A stretch of 33,744 nt of DNA from Vicugna vicugna (taxonomy: Eukaryota), in NCBI GenBank assembly GCA_013265495.1, contig MU061579.1, forward strand, positions 4,612,327-4,646,070, in the 5' to 3' direction. The translations under genes were made by a program, and so were the position numbers. Positions 12,241-22,815 of the stretch are shown one piece after another (the stretch's first letter is position 1; each line of letters begins with the position of its first letter). The notes under the pieces were generated by a model. That model ran no database searches, was not told where the DNA came from, and saw only the letters and a program-made list of their open reading frames with translations.

Positions 12241-13086
12241 TGAAAAATAATTAATCATGTATTTTTATTCCTTAAGATTAATTAGATATTTTGAATAAAA
12301 ACCCAGAGAATCTAAGGGCATTATAATAATTGATGTCAAAACTAAGTGAAAATCAATTTGAGATGTTTCAGAATCAATATGAAATTAATTATACATCACA
12401 TTAAACAATGGTTTGAAGACTTTATCTAAGCTACTTTATTAGAATTTAAATTTTCACTGTCTATTTTAGTTAAATGATCACAGTTACTTCACATACTTAA
12501 GTGATTCTTGCATGTGAGCTACTGTTTCCTATTCATTTTAATCCATCTTTCTTCGGCCATGCTTCTTATCATTAGAGGCAAAGGGATTCAGCTACACTCA
12601 TTCTGGTTGCTTTTCAACTATTAATGTGCAAAGATTTGAACCATTCTTCTTTCTTTTAAGTCACTTCCAATGAGCTAACTGATCACTATCTCAATCCTCA
12701 CCATACTTGTAGCTAATATCTCAAAATTTAATGTTTAATTGTTCAATAATTACTTCTTGTAAGATAGTTTTATCTATCTTTATGTAGATGAATATTTTGT
12801 CAGTTCTCACAGTCATACACTCCTAACAGAGTGTCTAATACATTGCTATTTACATTATCATTGTTGTATATGTGATTTGAATAGAAATGCATTAAATATG
12901 CAGCGATTTTAAGCTCTTACTTCCTAGTTATCATGTCATTAAAAATGAAAAATCCTCAGAGTTAAAGTCACATGAATATATTATCAAATTATTATTTTTA
13001 CTGAAATCAATGTATGGAATACAACTCTACAGAATAGTCCTTCTCAGTTGAGAGATGGAGTGAGATTGCATTTCCCAATTGAGGAA

Positions 13087-13717
13087 TGTCTTACACTGAG
13101 TTCCTAGAGAACAAGTCTGAAGCAAAAGCTTGCGAGCTAACACTTTATTAGAAGTGCAATTCCTGGGAACTGGCAGTCAAAGCAAAAAGGCGGTGAGGCA
13201 TGAAGACAGCAAATGCAAGAGTTACAGAACCCAACACAGGTTTGAAACAAATACTCGTGGGGGCCAAGTCATGTGGGGTGTCTCTAGAGATGTCAATAAG
13301 ATACTAATCCATCTTGGGACAGTCCTTGGTGGCAGGAAGAACAAAGAATTTATCTGATGGCTTCTGCTTGACTTGTGTCTTTAACTGATCAAATACTATC
13401 CAAGGAATAAATGACTCGCCCACATCTCTAGGCTGCATTACCTGGCTCTCTGGGCACCACTGGGAAGCCATAACTCCAGCAGGTACAATGTTGCTGTTGT
13501 GCAGGGTTAGCAGTCTTTCACTGAAGTCTCTAGGAGCATAAAACTTAAATCTGTACAGAAGGTGGCTTAGACTCTATGGAGAGGGGATAGTTGCTGTGAC
13601 AGTATGTGCCATCACTGGGGCCATATCTGCTGTTCCAGGAAGCTAGAAAGCGACTGTAGCCTGGGGAGCTGGTGGAACTGAGCAGATCTGGGAGGCACAA
13701 ATCTTGGTTCCAGTACA
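13087..13717 (-). mobile_element. Solo ERVL-type LTR (LTR33/41/50-related; subfamily not assigned)
   Basis: Starts tgtcttacactgagttcc and ends gatctgggaggcac..ccagtaca (TG..CA); TTTATT at 13144-13149 (minus-strand polyA signal); GC-richer island. Confidence 0.65.
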
Positions 13718-14990
13718 GTGAATATGCCTCTTGGAACATATATACTTTGCAAATGAATTTCTAATATAATTGTTTTCTAAATAAAAGCAACTGAAATTAA
13801 TATTCAACTAAATATTACCTAAAAACAATGTAGAAAATAAGGGAAAATGAAAGAAAGAAATTTCCATCAAAATTTCCACAAAACTATCTGATTTAATTGA
13901 TATTAAGTAATCTGTATTGTAATCATTCCTTATATCTGAAAATTAAAAATCTATGTGATAATTATAAAACACTTACAATTACATGTAATTAGATCTCTCC
14001 AACTTACATATAGAATTTTATATATTCAATAATTTTTAAATAACAATCAAGAAAATTTAGGAGTATCATACAGATGAAGATCCCATCCAGCGTTCTTGAA
14101 GAGAAATTTAAATACACAAATTCAAGGACATTTAATTAGATAATCATTTTCTGCTCTCTATATTTGCACAAATAGTAAATATATTATTCTGATTAGTATT
14201 TTATAAATGACTATTTATGCACATACCACAAAAAATGACTAGCAAAATGCACTGTATTATTATTATTAGCCTATTATTTAGAAGAACTTCATGGAAACCG
14301 TGGTTGGGAATCTACCAACATAACGTATCACACAGGGGAAACAACCTTATTAATGAGTTGGCCTGTTGGTCATCAGTGGCCTCTAGCTTTTATATTTTAT
14401 CAACAGAATTTAAATGAAGTTGCATCCGTCTCATGCAGTTCAATTTTTCCTTCTCTAATGAAGTTTTGCTGCATTAAAATACATAATTAATATGATTTAG
14501 TAATTAATTGAAATAACTCTTGCTTGAGAAGAAGGAAGGCATAGATATGTAATCTACCAGTTACAGAAGACTTTTATAACCACATCTTCAAAAACCATGA
14601 TAGTATTAGCTAATTTGAGATTTTCTTTCCTTTTTTATGTACCTTTTTCATGGTGAAGATGATGATGAATTGTAAAATGGCCTAAAGTTAAGAAGATGAA
14701 GAAGAAAGCAATGAATCAAAAATCATGAATATTTGCAAGCCAAATAATAGATCACTAGAGAATTTCCATTTATATTATGAAGAAACTGCAAAAAAAAATC
14801 TTTGCCTTTTTTAGTGTGAAATTATCTATTTATTTGTTTTAATTTTATTTTTATTTAGAGCATTTAATTTTAATTTAATTAAGAATTTAGTTATATTTTC
14901 CTAAAGGAAATCCCAGACTTCTTATTTCTTAATTTTCTCAAGTACATTATTAAGTTAGGCTGCATTACCAAGAATTTTTTCAGAGGATTC

Positions 14991-15632
14991 TGTGATGGTT
15001 AATTTTATGTGTTAACTTGAGAAGGACAAGAAGTGCCCAGATACTTGGTTAAACATGATTTCTGGGTATGTCTGTGAGAGTGTTTCCAGATGGAATTAGC
15101 ATTTTAATTGGTAGACTGAGCAAAGCAGATTGCTGTTCTCAGTGTGGGTGGGCCTCATACAATCTGCTAAGATATTGTGACTAGAATAAAAAGGTGATGG
15201 AAGGAAGAATCTGCCCTCTTTCTGACTGCGTGAACTGGGACCTTCTCCTGCATTTAGACTGAGACTTAACCTTTGGCTTCCCCGGATCTTGGGCCTTTGG
15301 ACTCTGTCTGGGACTTACATCATTGACTCTGTTGGTTCTCAGGCATTTAGGCATGGACTGAAACTAAACTATCTAGTTTTTGTGGCTTCATTTACAGCCT
15401 CCATATTCATATGAGCCAATTTCTTACGAAAAATATCTCTCTCCATGTTGATAGATAGATAGACAGAAGATATATACATACACACACACACACATGATCT
15501 TATATCTATCTATAAGATATAAGATCATATATATCTTATAGACAGATAAAAGATTTTATACACACACACACACACACACACACACCTGAATATATATATA
15601 TTCTCTTTCTCTGACAAACCCTGACAAATATC
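14991..15632 (+). mobile_element. MLT2 LTR (MLT2B/MLT2D-like), 5' LTR of the ERV-L provirus
   Basis: Diagnostic start tgtgatggttaattttatgtgttaacttga, then gtagactgagcaaagcagattgc and cagcctccatattcatatgagccaatttc; end aaccctgacaaata; expanded TA/CA tract at 15450-15600. Confidence 0.95.
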
Positions 15633-15655
15633 AATTTGGGGACTGAGAGTAGTTC
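15633..15655 (+). promoter_or_regulatory. Degenerate primer-binding-site region (tRNA-Leu type in ERV-L)
   Basis: aatttggggactgagagtagttc immediately after the LTR resembles ERV-L gattttggtaccaggagtggttc. Confidence 0.5.
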
Positions 15656-15694
15656 TAGAAGAACAGAATTTAAAGATAAGTTTTCAGAACTGGC

Positions 15695-17270
15695 CTGGGG
15701 GTTTTGGAATTGAAAATCTAATTAGGTTTAAAGATGGTAAGGATTCTATTTATAGTAATAAGGGGGTAGTGATAGTTCACATTGTGAACTGGCAGAACTG
15801 GCAGATACATACAAAATATGTGCATTGGCTACTCCTAATTAACCACTTATAAGAAACAAGAAGCTGGGTGACTGTGCAAGACACCTTTGAACATTTTGGG
15901 AAAACTGACTAATATAATGGGGTTGGCTGGATATTTCTAACGTTGTTAGACAGAGTGAAGAAGAAAAAGGATGAGCTCAGGGATCTGAACTCCCAATCGA
16001 GTACCATGTAAATAACTTTAATGAATGTGCCCTGGAGACCCTTATTTCCTTTAGCTGCAGGGCTGAGATTGCTGAGAATCAAGCATAGAACAGACACTCA
16101 TAATTAAAATGCAAATTGAACTCTCGACCTCCCAGGGTCTCTACTACTAAAGTGAGGGCACTGGTTGGGACAGAACGGAATCCTGTGAGTTAGAACGGAG
16201 ACATGACCCTGACAAAGCTGGGGATGCTGAAGCCCTAAATATTGGTGAGTCCCCTTCGCCAGTGGAAGTGGCCTCCCCAGCTGCAGAGGTATTGCCCTTT
16301 CCTTCCCCATCTGAAAGGATTCACTCTGTATTGCCCGAGGAAAGTATAATGTTTTCACCTAAAGCAATTGTGAGACATGCTGATTCTCCTCAGGACCCAC
16401 TCCCACTACCCTCTGCCTCTAGACCTATAACTGAACACAAAACCCAACAGGCCCCTAAAGTGAAGTACAAAGTGTAACTCATGAGGAGGTGAGCTACACT
16501 CCAAAAGAACTACTGTATATAGACAGAAATCTGGAAAAAAATGTGTAGGAATGGATACTAAGAATATGGAATCATAGCAGAAGGAACACAAAGTTGGATC
16601 AGGTCAAATTTACTGATACGGGCTCACTAAGCAGAGAGTCTATGCTTAACAGTTTGTCTGGTTGGCTGAAACATGGACCAGATGCTGACCCGTAGACTTC
16701 AAGTTTGAAATGCTAGACCTGTCATAGTTTAAAGCAAAGAATTCAAAGGCTTAGGGAGATTGGAAGGTTAGAGTGGATTGGTCATTTAAGACCTACTCAC
16801 CCACACTGGGAGGGTACAGACGACATAAGTTGCACCGATAACATGAGAAATTAATTTTTAAGTGTTGTCAAAGCACCCTTGAAGGGCTCTTTGATCACTC
16901 TTCTCTGTCGGCCAGATGTTACAGCAGGCACTAAATTGGTAAACCTAAATGCATGGAGAGTCATTGGATCTGGTGGTGGCAGGGACCACCAAAGGCAAGG
17001 TAAACGTGGTTACCATGATGGACAATAGAGTCAAAGCAGCACTCAGAACATTCTGACTTCTACAGACCCATGGCACTGGCTAGTTGTTCATGCGGCACCT
17101 CGAGGTTTAAATAGATAAAAAATCTACCAAAATCTGACCAGGTCTGTATAAGCAGAAAAATTATAGGTCAAGTGAAAGAAAAGTCTAACCTGAATTATAC
17201 AAGCTGAATCACAACTACTCAATCAATTCTCAGACTTGAGTCAATTTACAGATTCAAAACCCCTTAAATG
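15695..17270 (+). pseudogene. gag: ERV-L gag remnant
   Basis: GFWN-like start (ggttttggaattg); RALVGTERNPVS*NGDM at ~16155-16205 (consensus RALIGKEWDP.TWNGD); DSPQDPLPLPSASRPIT in ORF 16262-16477; multiple stops. Confidence 0.8.
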
Positions 17271-17389
17271 AAGGGAAGGACCCTGGTATACTTCCAAAAT
17301 GTATACTGTGAATCTTTCTCTCAACCTTCCCCAAAGGGACCTATGGGCTTTTGCCAGAGTAACTGAGTTCACTGAGGAAAAGGAAATAG

Positions 17390-20160
17390 TCAGACCTTTC
17401 AGGGACTACTGGACGCTGGCTCTGAACTGATGTCAATTCCGTGAGACCTAAACCTTCACTGTGGTCCACTGTCAAAGTAGGGGCTTATGAACGTCAGGTG
17501 ATGAATGGAATTTTTGCTCAGTTCCCTCTGCCATTGGGCCCAGTGGTTTTCTGAACCCATCCTGCTGTAATTTCCCCAGGTCCAGAATGCATAGCTGGAA
17601 TAGATACAGTTATCAACTGACAGCATCCCCACTCTGGTTTCCTGGCCTGTAGAATGAGGGAGATTATGGAGGGAAAGATCAAGGGGAAGCCATTAGAACT
17701 GCTTCTCTCTTAGGAAACAGTAAACCTGAAGCAATACTGCATCCCAAAGGGATTGCAATGATTAGTGCTACCATTAAGGACTTAAAGGATGCAGGGGTGC
17801 TGATTCCTACCTTATTACCATTAAACTCTGTGGGGAATGGACTATAGAAGATGATTAATTTTGGAGAGTAACAGTGGATTCTCACCAGCTTAAACAGGTG
17901 GTAATTCCAATCGCTGTTGCTTTAACAGAAGTGGTTTCATTTTGAGTTAATTAACGCATCCCTTGGTACCTAGGAAGTAGCTTTTGATCTGGAAAATGCC
18001 TTTTTCTCCATTCCTGTCAAAAAGATCCACCAGAAGGAGTTTGTTGTCAGCTTGCAAGGCCACCTTCCTTGCTCTACATTAGGCATGTATTAACCCTTCA
18101 GCCTTAGGTCATAATTTAGTCCACAGGGGTCTTGATTTCCTTTCCCTTTTATAAGAAGTCACACTGGTCCAATATGTCAATCATTTTATTCTGATTGGAT
18201 CAAGTTAGAAGGAAATAGCAACTACTTCAGACTTATTGATAAGACATTTACATGTGGGAAATAAATCCAGCTGAAATTCGGGGGCCTTCTACCTCAGTGA
18301 TATTTTTAGGGTTGAGTAGCATGGGTCCCGTTGAGATATCCTCTCTGAGGTGAAGGATGGGTTCTTACATCTGGCCCCTCATGCAACAGAAAAAGATGTA
18401 CCACACCTGGTGGGCCTCTTTAGATATTGGAGGCAACATATTCGTCATTTGATTGTAATTCTTTGGCTTATATACTGGGAGTCCTGAAATGTCACTAAAT
18501 TTGAGTGGGATCGAGAACAGCAGAAGGCTCTGAAATGGAGCCAGGATGCATATACGTTTCTCTGCCACTTATGCCATATGACCCAGAAGACGCAATGGTG
18601 CTTGAAGTGTCAGTGGCAGAGAGCGGTTCTCTCTGGAACCTTTCGCAGGCCTCTATACATGAATCACAGCACAGGCTCTTAGAGCTTTGGGTAAAGCCCT
18701 GCTATCCCCCACAGACAACTGCTTTTCTTTTGAGAACCAGCACTTGACATACTACTAAGCTTTAGTAGAGACTGAACATTTAACCATGTGCCACCCAGTT
18801 ACCATGCAGCCTGAGCTGCCTTCATGAACTGGATGTTATCTGACCTATCAAGTCATAAATGTGGGCGTGACCAGGAACACTCCATCATCAAATGGAAGGG
18901 GTATATACATGTTTGGGCCCAAGCAGGACTTGAAAGTACACGTAAGTTATATAAAGAAGTGACCTAAATGGTCCCCACTCTTGCTACGCTGCTTTCTGTC
19001 TCTTAAGCTGTACCTATGGCCTCATGGGAAATTCTCTGTGATCAACAACAGAGGAAAAGGAGCCTCAGGCCTGGTTTACAGAAGGCTCTCCACAACAAGC
19101 AGGCACCACCCTAAAGTGCACAGATCAGCATTACAGCTCCTCTCTGGGACACCGCTGAAGGGCAGTTTTGAAATAAATTCTTCCCAGTGGGCAGACATTC
19201 TAGCAGTGCAACTGCTCCGTTCAATTGGCTTGGAAGGTGAAATAGGCAGATATGCAATTACGTATTAATTTGTGGGCTGTGGCTAGTGGTTTGGCTAGAT
19301 GATCAGGGAATTAGAAGGAACATGGTTGGGAAATTAATGACAACAAAATTTGGGTAAGGAGTATGTGGGAAGACCTCTCTGAATGGCTAAAAATCTTGAA
19401 GAAATTTGTATCATCAAAGGGTGACATCAGCACAAGAGGATTTAAATAATCAAGCAATAGGATGAACTGTTCTGTGGATGCTAGTCAGCTTCTTTCTCCA
19501 GCCACCCTGTCATTGCCTGGTGGGCTCAGGAACAAAGTGGTAATGGTGGCAGAGAAGTAGGTTATACACATAATCAGCAACATGGACTTCCACTCACCAA
19601 GGACTACCTGGCTCTGGCCGCTGCCGAGTGCCCAAAATGCCAGCATCAGAAGCCAATGCCAAGCCCCCAGTATGGCACCATTCCTAGGATGATCAGCCAG
19701 ATACCTGGTGGCAGATTACACTGGACTGCTTCCATCATGGAAAGACAGTGTTTTGCTCTTACTGAAATAGACACTCCGAATACAGAGTTTCTTTCCCTGC
19801 ACACAATAGTTCTGCCAAAACTATCACCTGTGGATTGCCTGTCCTCAGTCACAGTATTCCACACATTACTTCTGCCCAAGGAACTCCCTGCACAGAGAAA
19901 GGGGTCTAGCAATGGGCCCATGCTCGTGGAAGCCACTGGTCTTATCATTTCCCCCACTGCCCCAAAGCAGCTGGTTTGATAGATCAGAGGAATGGCTTTC
20001 TGAATACTCAGTTACCGTGCCTGCTGGGTGGTAACACAAGCAGGTCTGGAGCAGGGTCCTCGAGAAGGCTGTATATGCTCTGAGTATGGATCAGAGATAG
20101 GGTGCTGCTTCTCCCATAGCCAGGATTCACAAGTTGAGGAACCAAAGGGTAGAAGTGAGA
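17390..20160 (+). pseudogene. pol: ERV-L pro-pol remnant (protease, RT, RNase H, integrase)
   Basis: GLLDAGSEL at ~17403 (protease DTG); DLENAFFSIPV at ~17986; YVNH at 18173-18184 replacing YIDD; PYDPEDAMVLEVSVA at ~18575; AWFTEGS at 19069; SSQWAD at ~19180; ECPKCQ at ~19626; AAGLIDQRNG at ~19967. Confidence 0.92.
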
Positions 20161-20229
20161 GCAACACCACTCACTATTGTCTCTAGGGACCCACTAGCAA
20201 AAGTTTTGCTTCCCGTTCCCATGACCTTG

Positions 20230-20520
20230 TGCTCTGCTAGCCTAGATGTCTTAGTTCAAGAGCAAGAGATGTTTATCCAGGTGACACAACATGCCCTTTG
20301 AATTCTAAGTTAAGACTGCCACCTGATCACTTTGGAGTCCTCATGTCTATGAGTCAATAGGCAAATAAGGGTATTGTTGCTTGGGGTGACTGGTACTGAC
20401 TACCAAGGGGAAATACTCTTGGAAATACTCCACAATGGACAAAAGAAAGAGTATTCTAAAGTCCAGGGGATCCCCTAAGGGGGTGTCTCTGGTATTACCA
20501 TACCCTCTGATTAAGATGAA
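20230..20520 (+). pseudogene. ERV-L dUTPase remnant (after integrase)
   Basis: PLNSKLRLPPDHFGVLMSMSQ*ANKG...TDYQGEI at ~20295-20415 matches ERV-L PLNWKLRLPPGHFG...DPDYQGEI. Confidence 0.85.
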
Positions 20521-21030
20521 TGTACAATTACATCAACCCAATCCAGGCAGTGTACTAATTACTCAGTCTCTTTAGGAATAAATATTTGACTCACCCCATC
20601 ATGTGAAAAACCATGACCAGCTGAGGTACTTGTTGAAGGCAAAGGTAATACAGAATGAGTAGTGAATGAACATTGTTATAAATACCAGCCATGATCATGT
20701 GACAGTTACAGAAATGAAGACTGTAATTGTCACGAGTATTTCCTTCTTATTTTACTATGAACATGTTTGTGCACGTTTGTGTACATGTGTAGCAAATCTC
20801 TATTTTCTTTCCTCTCTCCTTTATCTTGTAATATAAAATGTGTTGATATTATAGTACTTAAGTTAAAGGATATCCAGAAGTGTAAACATCTCTCATGGAC
20901 TTTACCTCCCATACTGAGGAAGGGTTAGATCGATTTTGGTTGTGTGCAGAATAGTTGTATCATGTTAGGTAGAATTAGGACCTTGTTATTGTCTTTATTT
21001 GGAGATTAAATAAGCTACATTAAAAAGATG

Positions 21031-22091
21031 AAAAAAAATCAAGATCAGTTGGGCTCATCCATGCTTAAGAGGAAAGTTTGTTTTCTGCCTTCCCCTTACC
21101 ACATGCTTATCAATCAATGCTGTTGGCTAAGATTTCAGCTTGGATTATTGACCAGAGCATCAAACTGTGGCCTCCTTCACTACCCACTTGAGATTTGTAA
21201 CTTCTGCTGTTTAAGAGGCTTGCCTTGTAGGTAACACAGACATTTATCCAGAAGTTGTCTGAGTTCCTGCTTACTACCCCCTAAACAGGACTTCTTTCCT
21301 ATAATGCCCCATTTACACTTAATGCTGTACACAGGAGTACCAAAAATGTGCTAATGGATTACCTGAGTTCCAGGATATTTCATCGTGTCTCCATCACGTA
21401 GCAGCCATGCTACCACATCCAGATGGTTCATGGGACTCTGTGCACTCTGGAGAAAGCTTCTTCTTTTAGCACCTAGAAACATTAAAACTACAGAGCCTAA
21501 GGTTACAAGAACAGGGAACTCAAATTACCCAAGTGGGTCACTGGGAATGATGGAGAACAATCAATCATATTTGAAATGTTCAAGGACATCTAATCAAATG
21601 TCCTACCTCCAAATATCCTATTTCTTCCCTATCAGGGCTTAGGAAACTGCTCTCCTCTGAGAACTCAGCCTTATTGGAATTTATGCTCACCGTACTCACG
21701 CTTAGGTCTCCAATTCTGTCTGAAGATGAGTGCCTCCCTAAAGGTTGACTCAGAGGTAGTCTGGATCTTGAATTTCCCTTATTAACAGATTGCTTCTTAC
21801 ATCAGTGTTACTTAACAATAGTCACTCAATTTCCTAGCTCATTTGGTTACTCTTTCCTTTTAACTCTCAAATGTTAACAACAATATACCAGATTATATTA
21901 CCCCTGCTCCCCATCTCCGTTCACCACAGGTAAAAATCTTGGAAGTCCCACCGCTACAACTTTCCAAGGACGATCGATGACACACCTACCATCAATGATG
22001 GGGTCTTCATTACCACACGGCGACTGAGTGGTCCATTTCCAGAATGCCATGGTTAGAGTCTGCTTCCTAGGAGAATTCCTGGCACAGAAGT
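21031..22091 (-). mobile_element. Internally deleted ERV-L-class (HERV16-like) internal region
   Basis: On minus: PBS-like tgtgccaggaattc (~22073-22087), gag start ATG at 22050 (MAFWKW..GNEDPI), ALIGKK*DIW at ~21638-21600, then post-integrase/3' sequence homologous to 20165-20700. Confidence 0.8.
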
Positions 22092-22543
22092 TTGAGGTTA
22101 AGTTCCTTTGAGCTTGAGACAGGAGTTCTTGAAGGAAGTGCTTTGTTGAGGAGATTTTCTCATAAGAAGGGGATGAAGGAAAGCAGGGAAGAACAGAGGA
22201 TGAAAGCTAAGGAAGTAAGTGATCTTGGCCGAAGACCAGCTTCAGCCTGGTTTCAAGAGAAGCTCTGCTGCACAAGCTGTACTGCAGAATCATGCCCACC
22301 TAAATGCGAGAGAGCAGAAATGTTTTTAACCACGACCTCAGTTCAGTCAGCCACTGACCTGACTATCCCAGAAAGAGGGTAATCATAATTTTGGGATGAG
22401 GCAGCTCCTGTCTGGCTGCATCAATTCCCCAGAGAAGGTGGTGGTTAGGAGTCTTTAGCAGCTAACATGCTTACCAGCTGGGTGATATATGCATCTGACA
22501 GACTCATTGAGAATCCATGCAGGGCATTAATAACATCACCAAT
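22092..22543 (-). mobile_element. LTR16-like LTR (5' LTR of the right-hand element)
   Basis: gagcttgagacaggagttctt..agcttcagcctg..cagtcagccactgac..ttgggatgaggcagctcc..cagctaacatgcttaccagctggg resembles the reverse complement of LTR16. Confidence 0.75.
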
Positions 22544-22579
22544 GAAATAAGGGTTTGGGGAAATGGAAAAAAATTTTTT

Positions 22580-22815
22580 TTCCAGTGATGGGAGGAAATG
22601 ATGCAATATTTCTGAAGGGACATTTGGAAATAAAGGATGAAAGACACTAAAGCATTATGTGCCTTGATGTGGATGTGACTAAATTCACAACAGAGAACTT
22701 AATGCTCTTTAACAAAGCAAATCTACTGTGCAGAAAGGTCCTTATGAAACTATGTACACAAATGTGTGAATATGTATAAAAAATATGTTCATAAAACAAT
22801 GTTTATAAGAGCATG
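22580..22815 (+). mobile_element. Ancient L1 (L1ME-like) 3' fragment
   Basis: tgatgggaggaaatgatgcaatatttctgaagggacatttgg..atgttcataaaacaatgtttataagagca resembles the L1M 3' consensus. Confidence 0.5.

Larger units (their letters stand above)
15633..21030 (+). mobile_element. ERV-L internal region (gag-pro-RT-RNaseH-IN-dUTPase, no env), non-coding relic with the 3' LTR absent
   Basis: Motifs occur in the expected order (see sub-features); 3' UTR ends ccttgttattgtctttatttggagattaa. Confidence 0.95.

Noticed and set aside
15695..20520. Domesticated ERV-L gene (Fv1-like gag, or functional pol/dUTPase)
   Set aside because: Frequent stops and frameshifts and mutated catalytic motifs; only ~60-107-aa fragments stay open
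5295..22543. LTRs at 5295-5724, 13087-13717 and 22092-22543 as paired LTRs of one provirus
   Set aside because: They differ substantially in sequence, and two of them each have their own adjacent gag start, so they are independent insertions
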